Source: Eukaryota sp. GEM-RC1 (taxonomy: Eukaryota). From it: a DNA stretch of 64,000 bases. How positions within the stretch are numbered: the stretch's first letter is position 1; each line of letters opens with the position of its first letter. Below are positions 13,681 to 26,723 of this stretch, piece after piece. The translations under genes and the position numbers were made by a program. The DNA is taken from assembly GCA_040285855.1 (NCBI GenBank), contig JAUFOQ010000013.1, positions 1,364,001 through 1,428,000 on the forward strand, read 5' to 3'. The notes under the pieces are model-generated. The model was not told the DNA's origin. It ran no database searches and saw nothing but the letters and a program-made list of their open reading frames with translations.

Positions 13681-15124
13681 GTAACAACAACCAGACCTAC
13701 AGTACAATAGAAGGAATTTTTAGTAAATTACTGCATAATATACAGTACTGTACTTGTAAAATACAAGAGTTTTCATTTGAAAAATACAAAAATACATAGA
13801 ATACACAAAATACGCTAAAATCGAAAGTATAATACAAACAAATCAGTCTGATGATCTTTTTAAACTAGCACTCAATGATAACGGTGCAGTAAAGATTGTA
13901 GTCGTTTCCACTTCCTGCAGGTGGTTACAACGATGGCGAACAAAAGTTCAAGGTTGATCTCCACTAACTCACTGATTCCAGCATCTGCATCATGCACCAT
14001 GTCCTCTTTCTTATGTTCCAAAAGTTACTTCTTGGATTGGTAGGATGAATTGAGGAACAGACTACATCATATAGAGGTTGATGAGCAAAATTTGGTCATT
14101 TTCACAGATTGAGTTTGATAAATGCAAGTAAATCGGAACCATATGGTATGGAATATCTGCAACAAAGGGTGACTGCATCTGGCAGAAGCACTTGATATCA
14201 TTGTAATGCACAAAAACGAGCTACAGAAGCACTTTCCAAGCATATTGGAAAAATACAGTAAAGTACAGTCTGTATTTAAAATCGGTAAAGTTTTTCAAGA
14301 GAAGAAAGAAATATATAAACTATCAAAATTTTTACCTCGTTTTCCAAAAATTTGATAGAATCAAAAAAATAGTTGCTAAACTGTATAACTTCATTACCAT
14401 ATGTATTTACAGCATTTTCTTTTCCGATCAAGAAACACTGATTCAATTTGATTTCCAAACCAATAGATACGCAAAGCTTAACAAAATTGTCAAGACTCGA
14501 TTAAAAACACACATACTAGTAGGTCCAAATCATATCTTTTCATTTTGAGTTTTTTAAGATATGCTTCGGTGTAAATTTAAAGAGTTCTAAATGAGTTTTG
14601 GTAATCTACTGATACATACTTCTTGTTTTCGTTCTCCAATTTGTCAATCATAGGACTAAACGTACGATACACTCTAAAAACAGAACACATATACGAACAG
14701 AGAATACAAAACATTGCTGTACATATGGACTTCTCAAACTCTCAATTAATCACGTATCAGCCAACTTGAATCAACCACGAATTTTGAGTGTAGTAATGAC
14801 ACTATAGACTATTCTCCAAGTGTTTAAGCAAGAAAACACTTTCGTCTTCTAATGATGAGGCTCATAAAGACAAAATTTCGATTAGAAATTCAAAAACAAA
14901 TTTAGAACTGAGTTGTATAATATGGTGATACTAATTTGGAACAACAAATAACTCTGATATAACAATTTATTCCACAGAACTTTACCGGAAAATAAATCTC
15001 GTACAATGAATGCTTTCAGAATTAAAAATTGAATAACTATCCGAATTTTTCCAAAAATAAATAAATCTACAACCAAGAGACGATCCTCAACAAAACATTT
15101 AAAAACTTAATTAATTAAAATTTC

Positions 15125-17211
15125 TTACCTCTGAGAAGATCTGCGTTGAACATTAAAAGATTGTGGCACTAACGCAGTCCCACTCAACAAATAGGAAACA
15201 CGTCCTTGATTGGGATCACTCGAAAACTGATTTGGTTGACCTACAATCGATTGTAAAGGTTTCCGCCTCCCATGGGAAAGTGACCTCAATGAAAATGATT
15301 GACCTAGAGTTGATTGTGACCTTGGCAGACCAGGATTTCCCGAAGGATTAACATGAGTACGTGACGGTGCAGGCTTAAACAATCTATAAACAAATTCTCT
15401 TACATTACAGCTCTTTAACAAGTTTTCTCGAACAACTCTGTCATACAACCTATTTCTCTCAGCACCTTCTTCAATGCTTCTTCCAATTAAATTATCCGTA
15501 AGTCTTTTGTCTGCTTGTGGAACCTCTAGAAAGATTGGCCATTGAGGTACTGGAGGTATCACTAGTAGAGACTCCGTAGAAGAATCTGAAGTGAGTGTGG
15601 GAGGGGAAAGAGATCGTATGGGGTCAGGAACAATCGACCGACGTGGTCTCAAGACTTCCTTTGACTGTTCTGACCTACTTGAAAGAGGAATTGGAATCTT
15701 CTTACGCTCCCGTCGTTCTCTCAACTCCTTCTCTCTCCGTTCTGCTTCCTCTCGCTCTTTCAGCTTCTTTTCCACGTTGGCTCTTCGCATTCTAGATGAA
15801 GTAGTTTCAGCTTGGGTTGTTGGAGGAAGGAACAAATCATTGAGATGGGAGAGGTTTTCGTGAGGATAAATGAGTGAATATCCACCAATGGAAGAGTGGA
15901 GATCGGAAGGATCGATGGAACGAAATTTCTTATCTTTTTGTCTGGTTTTTTGCCATAAAGACGTTCTTTTGATCTCTTCTTTTGTTGTTTCTTCCAAAGT
16001 CTTTTATCACTTTTCGAAAGTGACACAACAGTCAACGTATCTCTAATCAAATTTGATTTAACTTCCATATCCAGTGGTGAATCAGTCGAAAACGACGGTG
16101 AATGATTGACCTCCAACAGAATGGGTTTCCCCTTATGATCAATCAAAAAATCAAATCCTAATATTTCAAAACATAGCGAACATCCAGTATGAGAAGTTGA
16201 ACCCACAACAGTTCTATAAGTATGAGCTAAAGTTGGCTGAATCGCAATCAAAGTCTTGACAACTCCTTCCTTAACTAATTCCCACATTCGATCAGTATCG
16301 ATCCCTCCTTGTGACAAAACTCTAGAAATACCATTCAGCGACCATTTTGAACCTTCCGCGTCATCATTTAGGTCTTGATTTTGAACAAACTTCTCATGTG
16401 TCTTATTAATTGCATAATTAGTCAAATGAACATAGACATTATCCAAGTTCTTAGCTGAGGGTTCCACATATTCCTCTGTACAAAACCTAGCTAGTCCCTT
16501 ATCATAGTAATAAACAACCAACGGATCAACACTTAAAACCAAAGCGTACACCCTTAAATCAAACTTCGTGTTATTAATTAAAAATGGTTTCGATATATAC
16601 TCTTGAACAACACAATTGTCTTCATCTGTGATTTCATCTAGAGGATTCCGCGTTAGAAAGATTCCTTTCCCCTGACAACTAGCATCTGGCTTAGAAATGA
16701 ATGTAGTCCTTGTCTTCCTAGACTTAACATTGTTACGGAAGTCAAACAGCTCCTGAGGGATAACCCAAGTGAGAGGGAAGAAGTCGTACTGTTCTGGGTG
16801 ATTACGAGCCATTCGCGTGAGATTGCGGGCAAGGTTGTCTTTACGAGCAATCTCAGACATGCCTGGGAAGTGGTTGACTCGTTGGTAAGGGTTGAGTTTG
16901 AGAACACGTTCTAGAGCAACACTGCGATCCATCCAGTAGAGATTCCAGTCCTCGGATTCTTCCACTATCTTGTAACCTAGATCACGAACGGCATTAGCAA
17001 CGACTTCGTATTTGCAATAGTCGAGACAGACTAAGATATCTGAGACTTTGCGGCGTCTTCGTCGTCGAGCACTGGAGCGAGAACTGGAACTTATAGAGTG
17101 ACGTTGATAAGTGGGAGCGTCATAATAAGATTCTGATTCGCTTTGAAAGGAAAGAAAGTCTGGGTCTTGGTCAAATGTGGATGAGCAACGTGAAGATTCT
17201 TGTGTAGACAT
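15125..17211 (-). CDS. Tubulin polyglutamylase (TTLL6/13-like)
   Basis: NHFPGMSEIARK, CQGKGIFL, KFDLRVY, HLTNYAINK, FEILGFD, LLEVNHSPS. A frameshift near 15980 links to the C-terminal ORF. Confidence 0.93.
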
Positions 17212-17301
17212 TGGTTATGTAGGTAGAAAGGTTGATATGGGTGACTATAACTGTCCAAAAACGGAGATATCTTTTGTTCATCCTGAAAGCATCTACTTCA
17301 A

Positions 17302-18125
17302 ATGCAGTTCTCACAAACTTCTACTGTACTACCTCTTCTTGATGAACTTCGTTCTCTTATGTCAAAAAAACCTTGTCCGCTGAGTCAATGTGGAGATCTT
17401 TTATCTCAATTGAAACTGGCGGCTCTCATGTTTGAATCCACTATAACAGGTAACTCTGCAACTGCTGAAGAAGAAACTCTACTCTTTCAAGAAATACTTG
17501 AACGATCCTGCTTAATCGCTATTCATTCACAAGATCCCCAACTTTTCCTACGTAATTTCCATCAACTAGAAGGTGTCTATTCAAGTCCCCATCTAAAATC
17601 GTATGTATCCTTTTTTATTCACCCCAGCCAATCACCAAACCATAACCTACTCTTAGCTTGTTATCTCTTGTCCCTACTAGCTGAAAACAATCTCTCTGAG
17701 TTCCACATCAAGCTCGACATGCTCTCTCATGAAATCAAACAAGATCCTCTAGTCCACTTTGCTATCAAACTAGAACGTTCTCTCATGGAAGGAGCCTATT
17801 TCTTCCTCAATGAGTCCATGTCCAACCTCCCTACTCCAGAGTTCCAGCCCTTCATTGATCTAGTGATTTCAACAACCAGAGAAGACGTTGCTGAGTGTAT
17901 CGAAAGGTCTTTTGAAACTCTTCCCCTCAGTCAGGTTGCTCAGTTGCTGTCGTTGGGAGAGAAGGAAGCAGTGAGATTTGTAAAGGAACACGGATGGCAG
18001 GTAAAGGTGATCAGATGGTCACGTTTACAGAGGTCACGTTACCAAAGCAGATTTTCCCAGTTGTAGATATTCTGTATACAAATAATAAGTTTATTGAGAT
18101 GCTGGAAGAGAAAGTTGTTGAATAA
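17302..18125 (+). CDS. RPN12: 26S proteasome regulatory subunit Rpn12/PSMD8
   Basis: LLSLLAENNLSEFH...LERSLMEGAY, TTREDVAECIE. In-frame 27-nt intron at 17601-17627; frameshift near 18004. Confidence 0.9.
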
Positions 18126-19243
18126 ATGGTGTTGTGTTTATTTTTTGATTAATCTACTAGAAGATAGATTGTGTTCATGAGAAAAAAAAGAACAAATGCA
18201 ATGTACATATTCTCAGCAAGTAGTTGTTTTAATTTCGCGTACATCTTCCACAACATACATGTACCTGATGCTACAATAACACTGTATTGCAGTATTGCAA
18301 CCGGTTGGAATATTGCAGTACGGTATTGCAGTTATTGTAAGCAATACTCAGCCAATTACCGAAACCGTATTTTTGTTGTTTTTTATCATAATCTAGTAGT
18401 AGTGTGGTGTATTCAAAGCATAAATTATAAAAAAATTGGCGTGTGTTGTAAATACTAGAGATGGGAAAATACCCGAGTAGTACTCATCAACAAACATTTG
18501 TACTTGAATGTCAAGTATCGATATATAAACACACCAATGTATTTTCTATTCGTAGTAACAAGTTTTATTAATCAGATAATGAATATGACCCATAACATTC
18601 TTTGAGAAAATAACAAGCAATGAAATCCTTTTAAAGATACAGTCTTCTTCCGGTTTATGTTCACCTCTTGGATCGGACATAAACCGAGGGAAGACTGCAC
18701 CATAGTTGATCTTGAAAGACAATAAAGGATACATGTATGTAAGCAGTCTTTATAACCTTTGGAGATCACATGATGCTATAGCAATCGGCCAATTGGGAAT
18801 AATTCAATTAATCTTCTTGACTCACGAGACAAATCAAAGTCAGTCTGTGACAAGTATCTATATTTTAAAATACTTGGATTTTTCACCTAAAGCTAGACGG
18901 TGATGACACGAGTCGAGCAGTATTTATATGTCCTAAAACAGCATCAAATGAGCACCCACTTACTTCTCCGTATAAGAAACGCTTCTTGAATTCTTTGTCG
19001 CGTTGTATGTAATCGTTGATTACAAAGGAAAAAGATCTAAGTGAATACTTTTACTAGCCACTGTCTATTTTAGTTTTAGTCACTGGGCTATCGTTGTCGC
19101 AGTGATAAGTTGTCAACCGCAGATCTCTTCAGCGACTCAGAGTATCCTGTGTAAGTTGGAGATAGACATTGCGCATCAATCTACTTGGAAGTGTCAAAGA
19201 ATTTAAAGAAAGATGAAATTAAAATTCTCATTCTTTTGGTCCA

Positions 19244-20982
19244 ATGCTTCACTTGGATTGTTCGATTTGTGATACAATCTTTAAAGATGCTTGTACGCTG
19301 CCCTGTGGTCATTGCTTCTGTCTCGCGTGTATATCAGAGTGGCTCAGCCAAAACAACAGTTGTCCCAATTGTCGCAGTGAGACCACTCTGAACGATGTTG
19401 TTCCCTGTTACTCTCTCCGTGAAGCTGTGGAATCTTTTGTAAACAATCCTGCCTCTGTGCCTGAAATTTCATCGAATGACATCAGCTTTGACTTCAATGA
19501 TGAGTTGGGAAATGGTTTAGCTGCAACTGTTTATCCCTGTGATTGGGCTGGCACCTCTGTTGCTCTTAAACTAGTTCGGAAAACCGATCAGAACGAAGCA
19601 AAACTCTTACAAGAAGTGTCTCATATGACTTCCCTGTCTCATCCTTTTGTCCTTCGAGTGTTTGGTATAACTAGACTTCCGAGGCACATTGGTATCTTGA
19701 TGGAACTCGGCTCTGGACATTTGCAAGTTCCAACATCTCTTTCCGCCACCACTCTATCACAAGCCATTGACATATGCACTGCTGTCCAGCATCTACATTC
19801 AAAGAGCTTAGTTCACCATGACATTAAACCTCAAAATGTCATTTTGGTGAATTCTCAGGTTAAACTAACCGATTTTGGTTCATCTCGATCCGTTGACAAC
19901 TACACTTCCACTTTACAAGTCACCCCCAAATACACACCCCCAGAAGCTTTTAATAAGATTTATGGACCTGCATTTGATGTATACAGTCTGGGAATATTGT
20001 TTTATGAAATGTTTGCCAATAGACTTGCCTTCGAACACATGGGTCTTCTTCAAGTAGTTATGACTAAACAGACTCAGCATTCATTCAGTTTCCCCAATTG
20101 TTTTCCTCGACCAATTTCCACTCTAATTGACAAATGTCTTTCAGTAAATCCTAGGGAAAGACCTTCTGTTAATGATGTACTCAAAGAGTTGAAAGAAGTC
20201 AATCGAGTTGATCCGTCTCAGCTAGTGCAACAGGAACGCGTTCAACCTACTCAAATGAGGCTCTATATCAAAACACTTAGCGGTAAAACCATTACACTGG
20301 AAGTACAACCAATTACAGAAATCGAATTAATCAAGTATATGATCCAAGAAAAGAAGGTATTCCTCCTGATCAACAACGACTTATATGTGCTGGAAAACAG
20401 TTGGAAAATCATTATACTCTTCAAGACTACGGTATTTTAGAAACGTCTACTTTTCATTTGATTCTTCGACTTCGAGCTGGAGAAGGGTTTACTGTAATTA
20501 CAGAGGATGGACGAGGACTTTCAATCGCGTCTGGTTCAATTGCTGGTGTCAAGGATCAAATACGTAAAGAGATAGGAATAGCCACTTCATTATTACGCAT
20601 CAAAGACCGTAACGGTGTTGTACTTCATGATGATATCATAGTTAAACCGAAATTGGGCAGGGTGAGAAAAGAGGCAGGCGTCTGTTTTGTTGATATTTGT
20701 GGTCAGGAGCCTGTAGGTGATGCACTATACTTGGAGGTTTTGGATACCCCTAACGACCAAAAACCAACTTCGATAATTATCAAAACTCTCACTGTTAAAA
20801 CCTTTCCACTGAAATTACATGGAAATGAAACAGTTGAAGAAATCAAGGTGATGATCCAACGAAAAGAAGGTGTTCCTCCTGATCAACAACGACTGTATTG
20901 GAATGGATGCCGGTTGGAAAGTGGACGTCCTCTCCACTACTATGGCATTCAAACAGGTTCGATACTTTATGTAATGTTTTGA
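19244..20982 (+). CDS. RING finger - protein kinase - ubiquitin-like repeat fusion
   Basis: C3HC4 RING, kinase ([20 protein letters not shown]), Ub-like domains [13 protein letters not shown]...GIPPDQQRL...LRLRAG and [13 protein letters not shown]. Frameshift near 20350. Confidence 0.88.
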
Positions 20983-22099
20983 TTGGAACGGTTTGCTGTA
21001 GTTGCAGAGGGTGAACACAAAAATTGTACACATAAAACTATCCTCAACTAAATGTATTACACATATTAAATTCATGACATCAATTACAGTGTATGTCATT
21101 ATTACCATAGTTCTAAATCACAAAAATATTACTTTGTGATTTACTCGCATCACAGCAATCTCAACCATCGCATCACGTGTGATTTATGTCATAGCTTTCA
21201 TCACAAATATATGTAAAAGGTCCAAAGACAAAATTTTATGAACATACATATTACGAAAACTTCATTTCTTCTTTAGGAAGATCTAGTGTGCTAACCTCAT
21301 TCTCAACTAAAACAAAATATTTCTAATAGTCGAAGACTGACTTGGATGAACAGTGGTAAAATCAACAACTTCTTGGGAAGATAGCCATGGCCCAATGAAA
21401 TGACCGCACTTTTGAAAAGCTATATATATGCAGTGCTCCTCATAAATAAATATAAATTCTAGTAATTTCTATTTATATCTATTGTTGAGCCTTTTTGGCA
21501 ATCATGCAAATAAAACAAAATATAAATAAATATACATAAAATGTCGGAAAGTAAACTTCATTGATCTATATAATACATGAGTTAATTTAGTGCTCAAGGT
21601 TGTTGATTGACTTGAAACATGATGTGTGACATACTCAAGCTCAGACAAAAATTAAGGTTGAGACATTTTCTCTCAAACTTTGCAATTTCGATGTCGAACC
21701 TAACCAATACAGACGAGCCTTTATCTGTGTTCTAAGCCAATCCAACGACTATACCCGCACATATGATCATTGAACGACTCTCATGGTCGTTTACGATGCT
21801 TAATATTGAACTAATATTGAAGATCCACAGATGTCTATGGAATGACGACACAGTTAGAGCAATTATACGAAGCTGAAAGTCAACTAACCTATTTCGACAA
21901 GAAAGGGATGATCAAATGGATTGTGTATTCATGGGTAGTGACTCAGATTAGATGTATAATATAATATTTGGTTTTTAGTTGGGTTTTATTTTGTTTTAAT
22001 TATATGTATTTCACATTTATGTTTGGCACTGTTGTATGTTCAAATTATTTTAAATTATCATATGAGAGGGCCTGTATATATGAATGATTCTACATCAGA

Positions 22100-22739
22100 C
22101 TAATTAAAATTCCGGCTAATTAAATCGTTTACTGTACAATGCCAAATATCACCACCATCATCTTTCATTTTAAGAGACATAATACCTTCATCATCTTCGA
22201 CATGGCCGAATATGCCTCCAGTAGCTCTTGCCACAATTCGTTCAATTGAATCTATTTCTTGTTGAGACATAAATTTAGGACAATAGACATACGCGCAAGA
22301 TAAAACCACAGCACCTCTAACAATTATAGCAAAATCATCACGAATGTCTTGCTTAAAATGCTTTGCAAAAGCAATAACCTTACGGAATGCATCATGAATT
22401 CTTTCGAAAGCATCAGCCATCTTAGCACTGTTGAGCAATTTATTGATCTTCATATCATACTCATTACAATCTTCGTTAGTGGCGTTTTCGATATCTTTCG
22501 TTTCTAACGCTTCGCCTTCCAAAGCTTTAATCTTAGTACTCTCGAATAGAGATAATGCAGATACTTAAGATGTCGGGTAATTTAGAAAATTCACTAGGAT
22601 CGCTCTGAATCTTACTATTGATATCGATACTTACAAGTTCGATTCTACCAGCTGCTTTATGGATTTCGATAAGAATATCTCGCTTATGATTCAAGAAACC
22701 AGAAATGTTTAATAGCATACATTTGCAGATCGAGAGCAT
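22100..22739 (-). pseudogene. Degenerate orphan ORF of possibly foreign origin
   Basis: Two collinear minus-strand ORFs separated by a stop; no recognisable domain; next to retroelement fragments. Confidence 0.35.
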
Positions 22740-22807
22740 TTGTAGTCATCTTTTTTTATCAATATCGATACTTTATGTAATGGGAATCTAATAGACTAAA
22801 CAACTAA

Positions 22808-23010
22808 ATTTGACATCTTTTAAACAAAACCCGTCGCTATCATATATTACGACAGCATTGTCCTCATAAAATTACCTCACAGTTAGTAAAGCTTTGGAGA
22901 TGATTAGGAGAATTGTTCTAAAAATCGTAAAAGCGACACGATTCCACCATAACACATGATCAAATCGTTTGCGCATCCGATTTTTTACGCTTTTTGCGAC
23001 ATCGTTTAGA
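22808..23010 (-). mobile_element. CRE-like family B 3' fragment
   Basis: Directly similar to 61085-61290 (acccgtcgctatc...aaagctttggagatgattagg). Confidence 0.65.
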
Positions 23011-23170
23011 TAATTAAATTAAATTTCAGTGTGCCCAACACTACTGGAAGGGAAGACCACTCTCAGTACTGGCTTTACCACAGTGAAGTCATCAAACTCA
23101 TGAAATTGAACAGGTTTGGAAGAAATTCTCAAAAAATGATTCAGTTCTTAATAATTATTAAGCTTTATCC

Positions 23171-23398
23171 AAACTCATATTCCAAATTTCTGTTTCAACC
23201 TTTTGCTGTTTCTCTTTTTAGATCGATTAGTCCTGATGGTGATCAATTTTTAAAATATTGTGCAGCACTTTGTAAAGAACAGAAGCGTAAGTTTAGCATG
23301 GTCGAATATAAAAACCACATTGAGCTTCTCATATATCGGAATATGCCGTTCATTTTCTCTTGATTAGATGTGAAATTGTACAAGTTTGGTGTGAAGGG
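23171..23398 (+). mobile_element. CRE-like family A 3' fragment
   Basis: Highly similar to 58647-58872 (aactcatattccaaattt...ttgtacaagtttggtgtgaagg); encodes FQPFAVSLF...IYRNMPF. Confidence 0.8.
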
Positions 23399-23503
23399 TA
23401 CTGTTGAAATTGAAACCAGATGGCGATGAGACGTTTTACTTTTTCTTTCCCTCCAGTGATCTAATAAGGTTACAGTTATTTGACGTCTATAAGCTAATAG
23501 CTA

Positions 23504-23770
23504 ATGTCTGCACTTGCGAAACGTCAGCTCTATGTAAAAAGGTACTTCTCGGCTGGATTCCTTGTTCCTTCTCTTTGGATTCCAAACTTCTCTGTTCTAG
23601 TCAAGAGCAAAACACGAGATCCATCACTTCAACGTTACAGGAAGAAGTCTATCCTCTTCTTCTTGACTGTTATGGTCCTCTTCATTATCTGGATCTTTGT
23701 ATATCAAATCTGCCGTAGACGAAACCAACATTGGACACATTCTCTTCAGGTTTCCATTATTTCTCTGTAG
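23504..23770 (+). CDS. PSENEN: Gamma-secretase subunit PEN-2-like
   Basis: 88 aa; KRYFSAGFLVPSLWIPNF ... RY.KKS...TM...WIFVYQ matches the PEN-2 pattern (RKYY.GGF.FLPFLW.VN...W..IFQ). Confidence 0.7.
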   Translation: MSALAKRQLYVKRYFSAGFLVPSLWIPNFSVLVKSKTRDPSLQRYRKKSILFFLTVMVLFIIWIFVYQICRRRNQHWTHSLQVSIISL

Positions 23771-23820
23771 GGGCACTATTTCGAGATCATTATGGTCATT
23801 TGATTTCCTTTAATTCATTT

Positions 23821-23955
23821 GGCAAGCCATACTCTGATGAAGAAATCAAGGCCAGGTTTGACTGCATCATGCAGTTTGATGAACCCATGGGCATTTGTAT
23901 CTGGATGATGCCTGTTCCTGAGATCTGGATCCCTCATTTAGCGAAGTGGAGATAG
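23821..23955 (+). repeat. Duplicated last exon of the GH18 gene
   Basis: GKPYSDEEIKARFD.IMQFDEPMGICIWMMPVPE.WIPHLAKWR; near-identical to the reverse complement of about 9088-9222. Confidence 0.9.
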
Positions 23956-24167
23956 TGGAAATTATTCCAATAGATATGTCATTTGTCTTGTTTTCCGTTC
24001 CAATAACAGCCCATCAACTTAGTCAACTAAGCTCAGTGTGAACTATGTGTCATATGATCAGTTAAATTCGGTGGTCCAGTGTATATTCACAAATTGTTTT
24101 ACATCATATCAGTTTCTTTCATAAACAAAAATTCAAATTAAAACAAATTTATACATCAAAACAAAAA

Positions 24168-25418
24168 TTATAGACGGACGTTTCGAAAAGCCGTCTTGAG
24201 CATCTCAGTTGCTCCTACAGTTTCTTTCATGTTCCATTCTCCACAAAGCTCTTTTTCCTTTGGTGAGAATCTGTACTGCTCAAGAGAGATTCCTTGAAAG
24301 GATGCGAGTAAGAAACGAGGCATCAAGATCCATGAATCATTGAATTGCCCAGCAGAAATCATTCTGCTTGTTCTTTCGATACCAGCAAACACATCAATTG
24401 ATCTTATGTCAATGGTGTGGTAATCCAGAAGATACAGAATCAACGTGAATATCTGGCCACAGATCTGGTCTTGTTCAATCTCATTCAATGACTGAGGAAG
24501 ATGTTTGGATAGGATATACCCGTTCCAGAAGTACTTGAACCATTTAGGTTGATCATTTCCTAGTTGGAGTTTGAGCTTTTGGCAGAATTCTTGGATGAAA
24601 CCCTTAATCTTCATCTGATAAGCACCACGATTTTGACCAGAGTAGTTTTTTCTTCGGTACAATATCCAACTGGTGGAATGTTGAGCAACAAAGGTATTGC
24701 CTTGTCGTCTAATAATCAACATAGGTTCCTCCACCATCTCATGATGGGGATTCCAGTGTTTTGGGATGAGAAAGCATTTGAGCTTTTTTTTGTTGGCGAG
24801 ACTCCACATATTTCGAGTTTTTTCCACTTGTGCAATTTGATTCTTGGCACCAGCAAAGAGAAGTTGCCATAGTAGCACCCATACTCCTTGTCAAACAGGA
24901 ACTTGCCTTGACGTTGAAGCTCGGGATCGCTTCTGTTCAACACAGTTAGTACTGATTCCACATCACCAGCCGCTGGCCTCTGATGCTTGTCAGGAATAAC
25001 GATGGGATTGTTCCTGTGAGTGATAAAACAGGGGCGTTCTACGGTAGAGATCGGAGATAAAGGCAGTCCTCGATGGCGAGAACCATGCAATTCCACAGCA
25101 ACAGAGTTATTGGTGTTGTTTGGGCGTCGTGGATGAGACATGGGAGCTGGGGCGTCATCGAGACGTGGTCTAAGATGAGATTTGTTTGTGTGATGTATAC
25201 CTTCTTGCAGCTGGACCGCCTGGACCGACTCTTGGTCTTCTTTTACGATCGAGAACATCGGCCAATACTTGCTGAACACGTTCTTCTATCAAATCATTCA
25301 GCAGATTTGGTTGATGTCTCGGTCGGTTTTGGTTGTTCCGAGACGGGTTTCGATTGTGCTGTGGCCTATTATTAGGTCTACGAGGTAGAACTGATCTGTT
25401 AGAAGAAGGATTGGACAT
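24168..25418 (-). CDS. Orphan protein with Arg/Pro/Asn-rich N-terminus
   Basis: A 31-nt GTATAC...TTAG intron (25170-25200) joins AAR|RPRLDD. A frameshift in the A-run near 24790 joins the last ORF; about 400 aa in total. Confidence 0.65.
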
Positions 25419-26213
25419 GAGGAATGAAGTCGAAAAAATGGGTTGTTTAAATTTCAATTTCTGAATCTTGACAAAACACATTATCCTTCTTATCTTACAA
25501 TGAGGATTATTATAGAAGATAGCAATCTAACTGAGCTCTGTTGTTCATGTGATTCAACACCACTGCACACTGAGATTCTCTGTTCCTCTTTCTCTTGCAA
25601 TGTGATTGGATTGTCTCTATTATTGAAGAAGAATGAAAGACAAACAAGCTTTCTTATTGTGATATATCCTCCAGTACAGAGCAATATGTGTACTTCTCCC
25701 CCATCTTTTTCTTCACATTGTTGTTCAAAGTCATCTGAATCATTTGAGTTCGACTCGATGAGAATTGAGCTATGCTGATGGTATCCTATGTTGGCATTCT
25801 GTTGTGCTGGAGAAGAAATCAATTTCGTTTTTTCTGTCTACCTGACCAACAAGGATCCTTGTTAGATATCTGTATTAATGTTTTCTCAATTACGGATGTT
25901 GGAATCATCATTGGGTAACACGTACCAATAGAGTTTATCAATTCTGCAACCAAAATTACAATATATTTTTTGAGATACATGTACATGCACCATATACAGT
26001 CTACCCTCCCAATAAGTCCACCCTCCGAATAAGACTGGTCCGACACCTGGTCATATTGGTGAGGGTAGACTGTATGTATATGTGGCCTAGGTAACAACTT
26101 ATTAAACTTGATTGGAAGCACTTCTTTATTATAAGGATAATGCTAAGTAGTAAATAATACAAATAAATGAACATACGGAGAGAATTCAAAAATGGAGGAC
26201 TAATATAATACAA

Positions 26214-26471
26214 AAAACTCGAAATCTTCTTTTTCGAGAGCGATTGCTTTCAGAAAGTCCTTTGATACCATTGCAACAGCAGAATAAAGAAGAATGACTT
26301 AGTGTAATTAAAGGATTAAATCCTTCACTTAATCCAATATATCTAAAAGAAAAAGTACTGCTCTTGATCTTGGCTAAGTAATCAATTATCGATGATTTTA
26401 ATGGATAAACCTTAGTCAATTCTGATTGATCAATCAATAGAGGGTAAAAAGGAAAATTGGAATGGTCAATA
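26214..26471 (-). repeat. Duplicated 3' end of the SAC3/GANP gene
   Basis: Reverse complement of about 8617-8875; same peptide DQSELTKV..LKSSI.DYLAKIKSSTFSFRYIG. Confidence 0.92.
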
Positions 26472-26723
26472 AAAAAATTCAAACCACCACCAAGTTTGCA
26501 CAGGACGACAGTAAACGATTCAATAATAAATTAATTTAAATAAATGAAACTGCAAGTGCAACCTGAATTAATATAGATAAGCCACTATTATTGAGAAAAG
26601 GAATTTGGACTTGAAAAAACCCTTTTGGCTGAAAAGACGCAAATATACCAAAAAGATTTTCAATAGATCTTCATCTTTTCAAAATTGACAAAATCTCAAC
26701 AATTTAAAAAATCAAAATATTCC

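Noticed and set aside
18546..18770. Possible UvrD-like helicase C-terminal remnant
   Set aside because: Only a vague FP...EE pattern; not supportable.
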